Shown here: positions 37,601 through 49,475 of the stretch, in pieces | Layout: each line of letters starts with the position of its first letter | Numbering within the stretch: the first letter of the stretch is position 1 | Assembly: GCF_001194135.2 (NCBI RefSeq) | Contig: NC_068981.1 | Span: forward strand, 197,163,886 to 197,227,885 | From: Octopus bimaculoides | Lineage: Eukaryota | DNA: 64,000 nucleotides | Direction: 5' to 3' | The notes under the pieces: generated by a model | Seen by the model: the letters and a program-made list of their open reading frames with translations, nothing else | Databases searched by the model: none | What the model was told of the DNA's origin: nothing | Position numbers and translations under genes: made by a program

Positions 37601-40600
37601 CAGGTGGCACGCTTGAACAATTGTGAGGATCACTGCACATGAAACCATTGGTTGCCTTGTTAACCCACAAATAAAGAAAAGAATGTGTGTGTGTATCTCT
37701 CTCTCTCTCTACATATATATCTATATATATATATATATATAATGGGCTTCTTTCACTTTCCGTCTACCAAATTCACTCTCAAGGCTTTAGTCAACTCAGG
37801 GCTATAATAGATGACATTTGCTCAGTGACATACAGTGGGACTGAACCTAAAACCATGTGATTGGGAGGCAAACTTCTCAAGCACACAGCCACATCTCTGC
37901 CTCACAGGCCATATATATGTCTGTATGTGTGTGTGCGTCTTTTTTGTTTTGACACCACAGGATATAAACAAGTGGCAATGTTGTACAAGTTATTTCCTTC
38001 ATTACAAAGTGCTTCCTGCAAACGTGTGTCTATGAGGAAATATCACCAAAGCTGGAAAACAGGTCAGGGTTAGCAATAAGGAAAGGTGCCAAACTATAAA
38101 AAATCTGCCTCAAAGAATTTCATCTGACTGAAGCCAACGTAGAAAAGTGGACGCTAAAAAGATGATGATGAGGTCACACACAGTTTTGCTGCATAACAGG
38201 ATTTTTGTGCATTAAATATTAGTGGAAACGTGGTTTGTCCCAAACTGGACAGAAACACCAACAAACTGACCAAACACTTACCAGGCTTTTTGATAACCAC
38301 AGTCGTTCTTCTTTCATCATTTCAATTTGATGTTTGATTTCCTGAACATATCTGTCATTGTAGAATAAGAAAGACAGAAAATTCGTAGACTTAAAGAGAT
38401 TTTGGCAGGGTTTTGTGACAGTCTGTGTTGTCTACATAACATTATTTGGCATATATGGGTTTTTAAAACAATATGAGGGTTAATAAAAAAAATAAAAATA
38501 AAAACAATACCTTTCTGACCAAGGCCATCCTCTTTCTCCATAGAATATTCTTTTCTACTCTAGGCACAAGGCCCAAAATTTTGGGGGAAGGGGCCAGTCG
38601 ATTAGATCAATCCCAGTATGCAACTGGTACTTAATTTATCGACCCTGAAAGGACGAAAGGCAAAGTCGACCTCAGCAGGATTTGAACTCAGAACGGCAGA
38701 CGAAATACCGCTAACCATTTCGCCCAGCATGCAAAATATTCTACCACTTTCAATCATTTTATAAGATTATTTAAACATGCTGAAAAAGAAGGGAAAATAA
38801 ATGGAAATGAATTAATCTTTCATGATATCACTTCTGAAAGTGCACATCCTTTTCTTACATGTCAACTTCAAGAACTGATATCATAAAAGATTAGGCACCT
38901 TCCAAATGTGGTTGATGCCCCCCACCCCGCCCCGACTGGTTCCTGTGCCGGTAGCACATAAAAAGCACTCACTACACTCTNNNNNNNNNNGTAACTGGCT
39001 CCTGCGCTGGTGGCACATAAAAAGCACTCACTACACTCTTGGAGTGGTTGGCGTTAGGAAAGGCATCCAGCTGTAGAAACATTTATTTCTTTATTGCCAA
39101 CAAGAGGTCAAACAAAGACTGACAAAGGAATTAAGTCGATTACATCAACCCCAGTGCATAACTGGTACTTGTTTAATCAACACCGAAAGGATAAAAGGCA
39201 AAGTCGACCTCAGTGGAATTTGAACTCAGAACATAACGGCACAGGAAATACTGCTAAGACATTTCACCCGGCATGCTAACGATTCTGCCAGCTCGCTGCC
39301 CGATTGTAGAAACCTTGCCAAATCAGATTGGAGCCTGGTGCAACCTCCTAGCTTGCCAGTCTCCAGTCAAACCATCCAACTCATGGAAAACGGACGTTAA
39401 ACGACGATGATGATGATGATTTCCCTTCTATTTTAGAATGATTAAATTGTCTTTCTAAGTGGTTGGAACCAGTACCATATTCTAGCAGAATGGAAATTCT
39501 TTCTTTCATTTATCCATGAAAAGGTTCTCAAAACATATCCTTCTTCTTTTTACTATATATATATATATATATATNNNNNNNNNNNNNNNNNNNNNNNNNN
39601 NNNNNNNNNNNNNNNNNNNNNNNNNNNNNNNNNNNNNNNNNNNNNNNNNNNNNNNNNNNNNNNNNNNNNNNNNNNNNNNNNNNNNNNNNNNNNNNNNNNN
39701 NNNNNNNNNNNNNNNNNNNNNNNNNNNNNNNNNNNNNNNNNNNNNNNNNNNNNNNNNNNNNNNNNNNNNNNNNNNNNNNNNNNNNNNNNNNNNNNNNNNN
39801 NNNNNNNNNNNNNNNNNNNNNNNNNNNNNNNNNNNNNNNNNNNNNNNNNNNNNNNNNNNNNNNNNNNNNNNNNNNNNNNNNNNNNNNNNNNNNNNNNNNN
39901 NNNNNNNNNNNNNNNNNNNNNNNNNNNNNNNNNNNNNNNNNNNNNNNNNNNNNNNNNNNNNNNNNNNNNNNNNNNNNNNNNNNNNNNNNNNNNNNNNNNN
40001 NNNNNNNNNNNNNNNNNNNNNNNNNNNNNNNNNNNNNNNNNNNNNNNNNNNNNNNNNNNNNNNNNNNNNNNNNNNNNNNNNNNNNNNNNNNNNNNNNNNN
40101 NNNNNNNNNNNNNNNNNNNNNNNNNNNNNNNNNNNNNNNNNNNNNNNNNNNNNNNNNNNNNNNNNNNNNNNNNNNNNNNNNNNNNNNNNNNNNNNNNNNN
40201 NATAATAATAAATTTATCATAATTTATAATAATACTGTTATCATAACTTTTAATGTTTTTTGATAAAAATAAATGAGTATTGTATATGTTTTTCTTTTTT
40301 TTTTCAGAACTGTATGCCTATTTTTGCCCACCCACCCCTGTGTGTGTGTGTGTGTAGACATACATACTTGTTCTCATTAATTCCACCAGCTTCAGCTCGT
40401 TTCGATGATGATTCCGTCAGGGCTTTTGTTATAGATTTCATTTTCATGTCATCTTCTTCTTCTCTGAAAAGAAATTCGAAATACAAATGTGTGTGTATAT
40501 GTATGGCATGTCGTTATATGTGTGCTCTATGTGCAGTAGGTGTGTGTGTGTGTTGTCTGTGGTTATATGTATGCAGTGTGATTGAAATGTGTATGTGTGT

Positions 40601-43600
40601 GGGAGGGGGAGGTGATGTGCTCCAGCCAGGCCAACCTCTTTCATTTAAATCTACGGGTCCCAAGCATGACCGTGAGGCTTTGCAAACCAGGGTTCAATTC
40701 CTTTACATTCTATTTTGGTTGAGTATCTTGGTTTGACCAATGAATGGAATTCACATGCAAAAGTTGTGGAAGCCCATCTTGGATGTACCAGGCATGGGTG
40801 TGGGTATGTGGTCAAGAAGTTTACTTGCTGACCAAGTGGCCTTGGGTTCAGTCCCACTGCATGGCATGTACAAGTACCCATTACACTCTTGGAGTGGTTG
40901 GCCTTTACGAAGGGCATCCAGCCATAGAAAACCATGCCAAATCAGACTGGAGTCTGGTGCAGCTCTACATCTTGTCAAACTGTCCAACCCATGCCAGCAT
41001 AGACAACAGATGTTAAAGGATAATGATGATGATATATATACTCTACTCTCTCTAATGTCACCGGGAACGTTACATCATTTGTGTGATGTGGAAAATATTC
41101 CATCAATATTGCACAAATGATGCTGGCATCAGTTTTAAGAACCATCCAAGACTTGGTCCCCGTGTTATCCGCCCACTACAAAAATCAAACTCAAGACACA
41201 TAGCAACGTTAAGTCACAATTACTTTACCTCAACCAGTCCAGCTCTCTTTAATACCAAAATACGTAATAACAGAAATGGATCCCATAAAATGTTCACTGG
41301 ACAAATTTCTTCAAAAAATCCTGGACCAACCTCCTACACCCGGATATGTCTCCAACAATAATAATTCTTTGTTAGAGTGGGCCACGGTGGCCCATATATG
41401 ACTAAAAGACTTCACCAAATGGTGCTATCAAATCAGACATGGCCTGGACCTATACTGATTTGACTGAGGACTGGCGACCCAGGAGGCTGCACCAGGCTCC
41501 AATCTGACCTGGCAAGGTTTCTACAGCTGGATGCCCTTCCTAACGCCAACCACCCTGAGAGTGTAGTGGGTGTTTTACGTGCCACCGGCACGAGGGCCAG
41601 TCAGGCAGAACTGGCGACGGCCATGCTCGAAATGGTGTGTTTTACGTGCCACCTGCACAGGAGCAAGCCCATCAGCACTGGCAATGATCTTGCTTGAATG
41701 TCTTTACCCGTGCCTCTGGCACAAGTGCCAGGGAGGCGACGTTGGTAACGATCGACGGCCACGCTCGAAATGGTGAAAAGACATTTGAGCAAGATCGTTG
41801 CCAGAGCCAATGGGCTGGCCCCTATGCAGATATACATACATACAGATATAGATATACACACATACAGATATAGACATATATACATATACATACATACATA
41901 TACATACATACATACATACATTCGTACATACATACATTCGTACATACATACATACATACATATATACATACATACATATATATATATATACATACATATA
42001 TATATATATGATGATGACAACAATGATGGTGATGATGATGATGACAATGGTGACGACAGTGATGATGATGGTATCGACAGTGATGACGGTTACAGTGGCA
42101 GGATTTGCCAGGGACAGATGGCACCACAGCCCTCCACACCCCAGCATGTCATATGACCCCAGTTAATTACTCACTGTTGTAGCTGATTGATTAGCGTTGT
42201 CTCCATCAAATCCATCAAGCACAGCAAGTTCTCTTGTTCCCTGATGGTGCTCTTCAGTTGCTGGATGACGTATTTCTGTCGGAAGTCACTGTCAACAGGT
42301 AAACCTGAAACACAATCACAACACCTCCAGCTTACACTTTCCTTTTAACAAATAAACTCAACAACTCCAGGTGTAATGACCCACCAATCACTACACTAAA
42401 CAATAAACCAACACCACAAACACAAGCATTTGTAACAACAGTAGTAGTGGTGGTGGTAATGGTAGTGGTGGTGGTGGTGGTAGTAGCAGTAGTGGTAGTG
42501 GTGGTAGCAGTAGTAGTAGTGGTGGTGGTGATTGTGCTAGTAGTAGTAGTGGTGGTGGTGGTAGTAGTAGTAATAGTGGTGGTGGTAGTAGTAGTGGTAG
42601 TTAGTGGTAGTGGTAGTAATAGTAGTGGTAGCTGCAGTAGTAGTAATAGTGGTGGTGGTAGTAGTAGTGGTAGTTGTAGTAGTAGTAATAGTGGTGGTGG
42701 TAGTAGTAGTGGTAGTAGTAGTAGTAGCAGTAGTGGTGGTGGTAATAGTAGTGGTAGTGGTGGTAGTGCTAGTAGCAGTAGTAATGGTGGTGGTGGTAGT
42801 GGTAGTAGTAGTAGTAGTAGTACCTTCTGGAATGTTGTCTCCAATCTCAACGGCAGCCTGGAGGTATTTCCCTGTTACGTCTGGAATTGGTTCGTCTGGT
42901 GAAGAAGTCTTCTGGGACCCGGCTTTATGAGCCTGTATATATATATAACAGAGTGAGATGCTGATTACAGGGGTTGTTAGATACAGCATGGATGGGTGGG
43001 CATGGACAGGGTGCCAGTTCCTGGAGGAAGTGCTCCATTTCATATCAGTTCTATTGCTTTATCTTGAATGATGACTTTCCAGTAAAGGCATGACAGACAC
43101 AACTTCATTTACCTTGCTCTAGAAATCCAAAGACTTGTGGAATGAAGTGGAATGGTGCAGTATTTTCTCAAATACACTTGCAAAAGGGTTGCCATATCCT
43201 AAATCCTTTACCCCTGTCCCCTTGTCACTTTTGATGTCTTCTGTTCCACATGTGGCAACAACCACAATTGTCTTCTAAATTTACAGGGCGCGATGGGTAA
43301 ATTGTCGCCATTTTATATATTTTTAATTCTGTGCATGTGCTTTGTCTGTTTTTGATTTTGTTGACTACACAGTATAGTAGGGTCAGTTGGGTACCGTCTG
43401 TGAGAAAAACAGCACCATGACATAATTCACTCTGCCAGAAATTTGGAAACGACAAGCTGTACTGCTTGGCATTCATAATGATGATGATGACAACAATGAC
43501 ACAGTTTTAAAAATTAAAATAGTTGTAGGGGGGTGGATATCAAAAACCATTTCCTTACTTTTAAAATCTCAGCCCAAAGATCTTCACAAGCATCATGTAG

Positions 43601-46600
43601 AACCTACAAAATAAAATGTTACGTTTTTAAACATCTCAAGTAAATACCATTTGAAATACAAAGGTGAGTACCATTAATCAAAAAGTTAACATCAATAAAC
43701 TGTTGAAGTTAATTTTTATTATAGAAAAAAAAAACAGTTTTTGCTCTAAAAACCACCAAAAAACACCTTTAAAAAGTGCCAAAACTGTAAAATCCATTAA
43801 CTTCAATTCAATTGAAGTTAACAGAAGTTAAATGTAACGGAAGTTCATTAGTACAATAATGATTTCCAAAGTTAACTTAAAAGTTAAATCATTAATGTAA
43901 ATGTTAACTTTGTTAATTAACGATTAATGGATTAATGGTTTGGTGCCCAGGTTTGTTAAAATATTACTGAAAATCTCACATTTTACAGAAAGTTAAGGCA
44001 GCGTGCCAGACAAAATGGTTACCAGCTTTACGTTTGTTTTTAAGATTTGAACTTCAATTCTGCTGAGGTCAGCTTTGCCTTTCGTCCTTTGGGATGGGGG
44101 GGAGATGAAATGAGTTGAGAAATGAGGTTGATGTAATCGACTTAACCCACCTCACTGAAATTGCTGGCCTTGTGCCAAAATTTGAAACTAATACTTTACA
44201 GAAAGTAAAGAGAGGTTTTTCATCAGGTTTATCAAAGTTTCACCTTTAAAATTACAAAATGGTGAAAAAAAGTCTTCAAAAGCTGGTTGACCTTGGAAAT
44301 GTTTGCAACTGGGTCGACTACAACAGAGCACCATATTTCTTTATGGCACCTGTACCAGTGGAGCACTAAGAGCACTGTTGAAGCATGATCGGTACCAGCG
44401 TCGCCTTCCTGGCACTTGTGCTCGTGGCACGTGAAAAGTCATTCGAGTGAGATCGTTGCCAGTGCAGCTGGTCTGTGCAGGTGGCACGTAAAATACACCA
44501 TTTTGAACGTGGCCATTGCCAGTACCGCCTGACTGGCCTTCGTGTTGGTGGCACAAAAAAGCACCCACTACACTCTCTGAGTGGTTGGCGTTAGGAAGGG
44601 CATCCAGCTGTAGAAACTCTGCCAAATCAGATTGGAGCCTGGTGTTGCCATCTGGTTTCACCAGTCCTCAGTCAAATCGTCCAACCCATGCTAGCATGGA
44701 AAGTGGACGTTAAACGATGATGATGATGACTGTATACAAGGGGTTCCCAATCTTTTCACTACCAAGGACCCCCTTTATTTAAATGAATTTTCTCAGACCC
44801 CTTTTAGATGCTCATCTTTACAAAGGCAATGACCAAGACCTTTGGCATTGTCGTACTTCAGCAGAAGTCCCATCAAACCAAGTAAAATTGCAGTCATGGC
44901 AGATACCAGCATCACACAAATTGACTCCCAGGCTGGTGGCATGTGAACGCACCCCGGTGTCACAAATGGCAACCATGCCGGTGGCGCATAAAAACACCCC
45001 TTACACTCTCAGGGTGGTTGCTATTAGGAAGGGCATCCAACTATGGAAAACCATGCCAAATCAGACTGGAGTCTGGTGCAGCCTTTCAGCTTGTCAGCCC
45101 TGGTCAAACCATGCAACCCATGCCAGCATGGACAATGGAAGTTAAATGATGATGATGATGATGATATGAAATTTTGAATTTATTTCAAAGAACACCAGTA
45201 CTACCTTTGTGGACCGGCAGGGGTCCGCAGACTCCAGATTAGGAATCACTGCTGTATACACTGGCACTCCATTTGTAATGACAATTTCGGCGGAGGAGGA
45301 GGTGGGAGGGGGGGCTAATTGATTACATCAACCACAGTGCGCAACTGGTACTTATTTAATCAACCCCCAAAAGGATTAAAGGTAAAGTCGACCTTGGTGG
45401 AATTTGAACTCAGAACATAGCGACAGGCGAAATACTGCTAAGCATTTCGCCCAGCATGCCAACGATTCTGCCAGCCCGCCGCCTTACAAACAACCAAAGA
45501 GAAATGTGATAAAAGACATTTGCCTGAATTGAAAGAGAAGAGGATGGAACTAAAGCCATGGTTTTGAGAAGCAAACTTCTAAAGTACGCAGCCAAACAAG
45601 TCTAGACTAATTAACAACAACAACTCATAATTAGGTAATTATTATTTAGTTCATTCTATACTTACTTTATTCGGTTTTGATTCTGTAACAGTCTCTGGGA
45701 GGTCACCTGCAAACACAAAGAAATATATTATTGTTATCATTATTCATCATCATCATCATTTAACGTTCGTTTTCCATGCTGGCATGGGTTGGATGGTTCG
45801 ACTGGGGTCTGGGACACCAGGAGGCTGCACCAGGCCCCAATCTGATCTGGTAGAGTTTCTACAGCTGGATGCCCTTCCTGATGCCAACCACTCCGAGTGT
45901 AGTGGGTGCTTTTTACGTGCCACTGGCACAGGAGCCAGAGGAGGCTGGCATCGATCACATTCAGATGGTGCCTTTTATATGGCACCATCACAAGGAGCCT
46001 GTCAAGGCAGCACTGGCATCAGCCACATTCGGATGGTGCTTTTTACGTGCCACCATCACGGGGAGCCAGTCAGGCGGCACTGGCATCAGCCAGAACTACA
46101 ATTTCCCTTTGATTGTGGTTTGATGTTGATGTACTCGACTCAATAAGTCTCCTCAAACACGGCATGTCACCCTATGATCCAAAGGTACTTTTTTAAGTGC
46201 AATGGTTATGCGACACTGGTGTAGGCTACAGCTGTGATCTCACTTTATTTGCCAGGTCTTCTTCACATTATTATTATTATTATATGTCAGCGCGCATGGC
46301 TTAGTGGTTAGGGTGTTGCACTCACAATCACTAGATCGTAGTTTCAATTCCCAGAATAGGTAGTGTGTTGTGTTCTTGAGCAAAACTCTTCATTTCACAT
46401 TGCTCTCTGATCACTTCGACACCTGATGTATGATACATTTGTTCACCTGTTTAGACAACATCGATTTGATGGAGAGAGTGAGCTAATGTGAGGCACAAAC
46501 ATTTGATCCCTACAAACAAATTTGAACTCAGAACACAGTAACCGGCAAAATACCGCTAAGAATTTCGCCCAGCGGGCTAATGATTCTGCCAGCTCGACGC

Positions 46601-48457
46601 CTTACAAACAACCAAAGAGAAATGTGATAAAAGACACTTGCCTGAATTGAAACAGAAGAGAATGGAACTAAAACCATGGTTTTGTGAAGCAAACTTCTAA
46701 AGTACGCAGCCAAACAAGTCTAGACTAATTAACAACAAATCATAATTAGTTCTATATTTAAGAGATGAGCAATTATGTGCATTATTTACATTATTTACAT
46801 TCAATGGATATTTATCCTCATTGTGTTAACAACAAACAAGATGAGGACAAATATCCGTTGAATGTAAATAATGCACAACTCCTAATTAGATAATTATTAT
46901 CTTCTATAGCCCCAGGTCAAACAAAGTCTTACAAGTGGATCTGATAGGTGGATACTGAAAGACATCCATTGTGTTTGTGTCTCCTTGTTTTGACGTTGGG
47001 AGAACACGATCGGCCATGTCGTTCGGCAAAAGATGCTTCTTAAAAAAATCCATCTTTATTACAAAAATGAAACCATGCTCAAGAGATGCTCAACCAACTT
47101 CCCTATGCTATGCTCTCCAACATCCAAACCTACAGTGTACACTTCCCTACTTCAGCTCTCCCCGTCCATCCGCAGTACATGACCATCCCAACGCAAACGT
47201 CTCTCTTGCACACCACATTTGATGCTTCTTATGTCTAACATTTCTCTCAAAGCTTTACACTCTGTCATGTGTGCACACTGACATTACACACATACATATA
47301 TAATATGTGTGTGTGTGTGTATGTGTATACAGAATTGGCCAAAGGTCACCTGACAGTAAATCAAAATTCCATAAATACCATCTGTAATTCTGCATTGACT
47401 CGGATGGAAAAATGTGTCGCTCAAGAAGGACTTCAGTTTGAACAATTCTAATTTTTTTATATTTAGATCTTTTTATTAAACTCATTCAGTTGTTAAACAG
47501 AAACAAAATCTTGCAATTGAATGGTTTTGATTTACTGTTAGGTGAGTTTTGGCCACCCTGTATATATATATATACACATAATCATCATCATCATCATCGT
47601 TTAACATCTGCTTTCCATGCTAGCATGGGTTGGACGATTTGACTGAGGACTGGTGAACCAGATGGTTGCACCAGGTTCCAATCTGATCTGGCAGAGTTTC
47701 TACAGCTGGATGCCCTTCCTAACGCCAACCACTCCGAGAGTGTAGTGGGTGCTTTTACGTGCCACGCTCAAAATGGTGTTTTTTTACATGCAACCTGCAC
47801 AGGAACCAGTCCAGCGGCACTGGCATCGACCTCGCTCAAATGATTTTTTAACGTGCCAGTAAGGTGACGCTGGTAACGATCACGCTCAAATGGTGCTATT
47901 TACGTGCCACTGGCACGGAAGCCAGACAGCTGCTCAGGCAATGATCACGTTAGAATTTGTTTATATCTCGACACCTCTTCTCCATTTTTTAACATGTTTG
48001 TTGAGTTTCTATGGAATACCTTTCCAAAAAATTTCATAACACACCATATACATGTAATAATAATTTCATATTCACAAAAATCTTACGCCAGGAAGCTGCC
48101 AGCAAAATACGAAGAATCTTTGTTAGAAATTGCCCTTTGAAACCCTCCAAAGTAAAGGATGAATTAAAATTCAACCTCTCCACACACACATACGTACATA
48201 TATATAGACAGACAGATACAAATATGTAAAATATGGGTTCCAGTCAGTTTCTATATATATGATAGACGCAGGTATGGATCGGTGGTTAAGAAGCTAGCTT
48301 CCAAACCATGCACTGCTGGGTTCAGTACCAATGCCTGGCATGGCACCACAAGCATGGTTTTGCTACTACAGATGTAGGTCAACCAAATCCTTGTGAGTGG
48401 ATTTGCCAGACAGAAACTGACTGGAACCCATATTTTACATATCCACATCTAGCTAGC

Positions 48458-48492
<35 letters not shown>

Positions 48493-49379
48493 NNNNNNNN
48501 NNCGCTCCGATGGATGTGTAATGTCAGTGTGCATACTCAACAGAGTGTAAATGCCTTGAGAGAGAAGTTGGACCTAAGAAGCATCAGATGTGGTGTGCAA
48601 GAGAGATGACTGTGATGGTATGGTCATGTGGCGAGAATGGATGAGGATAGTAACTAGTAACGGAGACCTGTGGAAATATGCTGTGCGTGAGAAGACCCAG
48701 CAAGACAAGTGAGACCATAACCTGTGGCCTTTACCAGGGTGTAGCCAGCCCACTTATGCGTACCTTTCCTTCTTTGGACACAAAACCCTACTTGCGAAGA
48801 CCTGTTGAGGCAAATGAAATCGAAATCAAACTAAATTCAACAACTGGCACCCATGCCAACCTCTCCTTCATTGGACACTAAACTCAGCTTGCGAAGACCT
48901 GTTGGGGCAAGTGAGATCGAAACTGAACCAAATTTGATAACTGGCACCTGAGCCAGGGGAACATCATAACAGCACCATCTGAGCAGGATCACTGCCAGAG
49001 CAGCGGTCTTGCTCCCGTGCCGGTGGCACATAAAAAGCACCATTTGAGCGCGATTGTTTCCAGCTTCGCCTTACTGGCACTCGTGCCAGTGGCATGTGAA
49101 CAAAACATTGGACTGACTCCTGTGCAGGTGGCACGTAAAAAAACACCATTTGAGCGTGGCTGTTGCCAGTACCGCAGGACTGGCCCTCGTGCCGGTGGCA
49201 TGTAAAAAGCACCCACTACACTCTCGGAGTGGTTGGCGTTAGGAAGGGCATCCAGCTGTAGAAACTCTGCCAGATCAGATTGGAGTCTGGTGTAGCCATC
49301 CACTTCGCCAGTCCCCAGTCAAATTGTCCAACCCATGCAAGCATAGAAAGCGGACGTTAAATGTTGATGATGATGATAC

Positions 49380-49475
<96 letters not shown>

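Noticed and set aside
42332-43043. Poly-V/T/L/S and YIYI-type ORFs (also 41601-42156, 55027-55351, 55747-56047)
   Set aside because: Translations of microsatellites; only the embedded CENP-K exon is real
43130-43275. Candidate minus-strand exon [15 protein letters not shown]...
   Set aside because: Weak acceptor, abuts a maT terminus, reaches a stop, and is not needed for the CENP-K alignment
48086-48143. Candidate minus-strand exons in CENP-K intron 1 (also near 50585-50650 and 52318-52400)
   Set aside because: Phases are incompatible with ATG TCA G / exon 2 or acceptors are weak; no similarity to CENP-K
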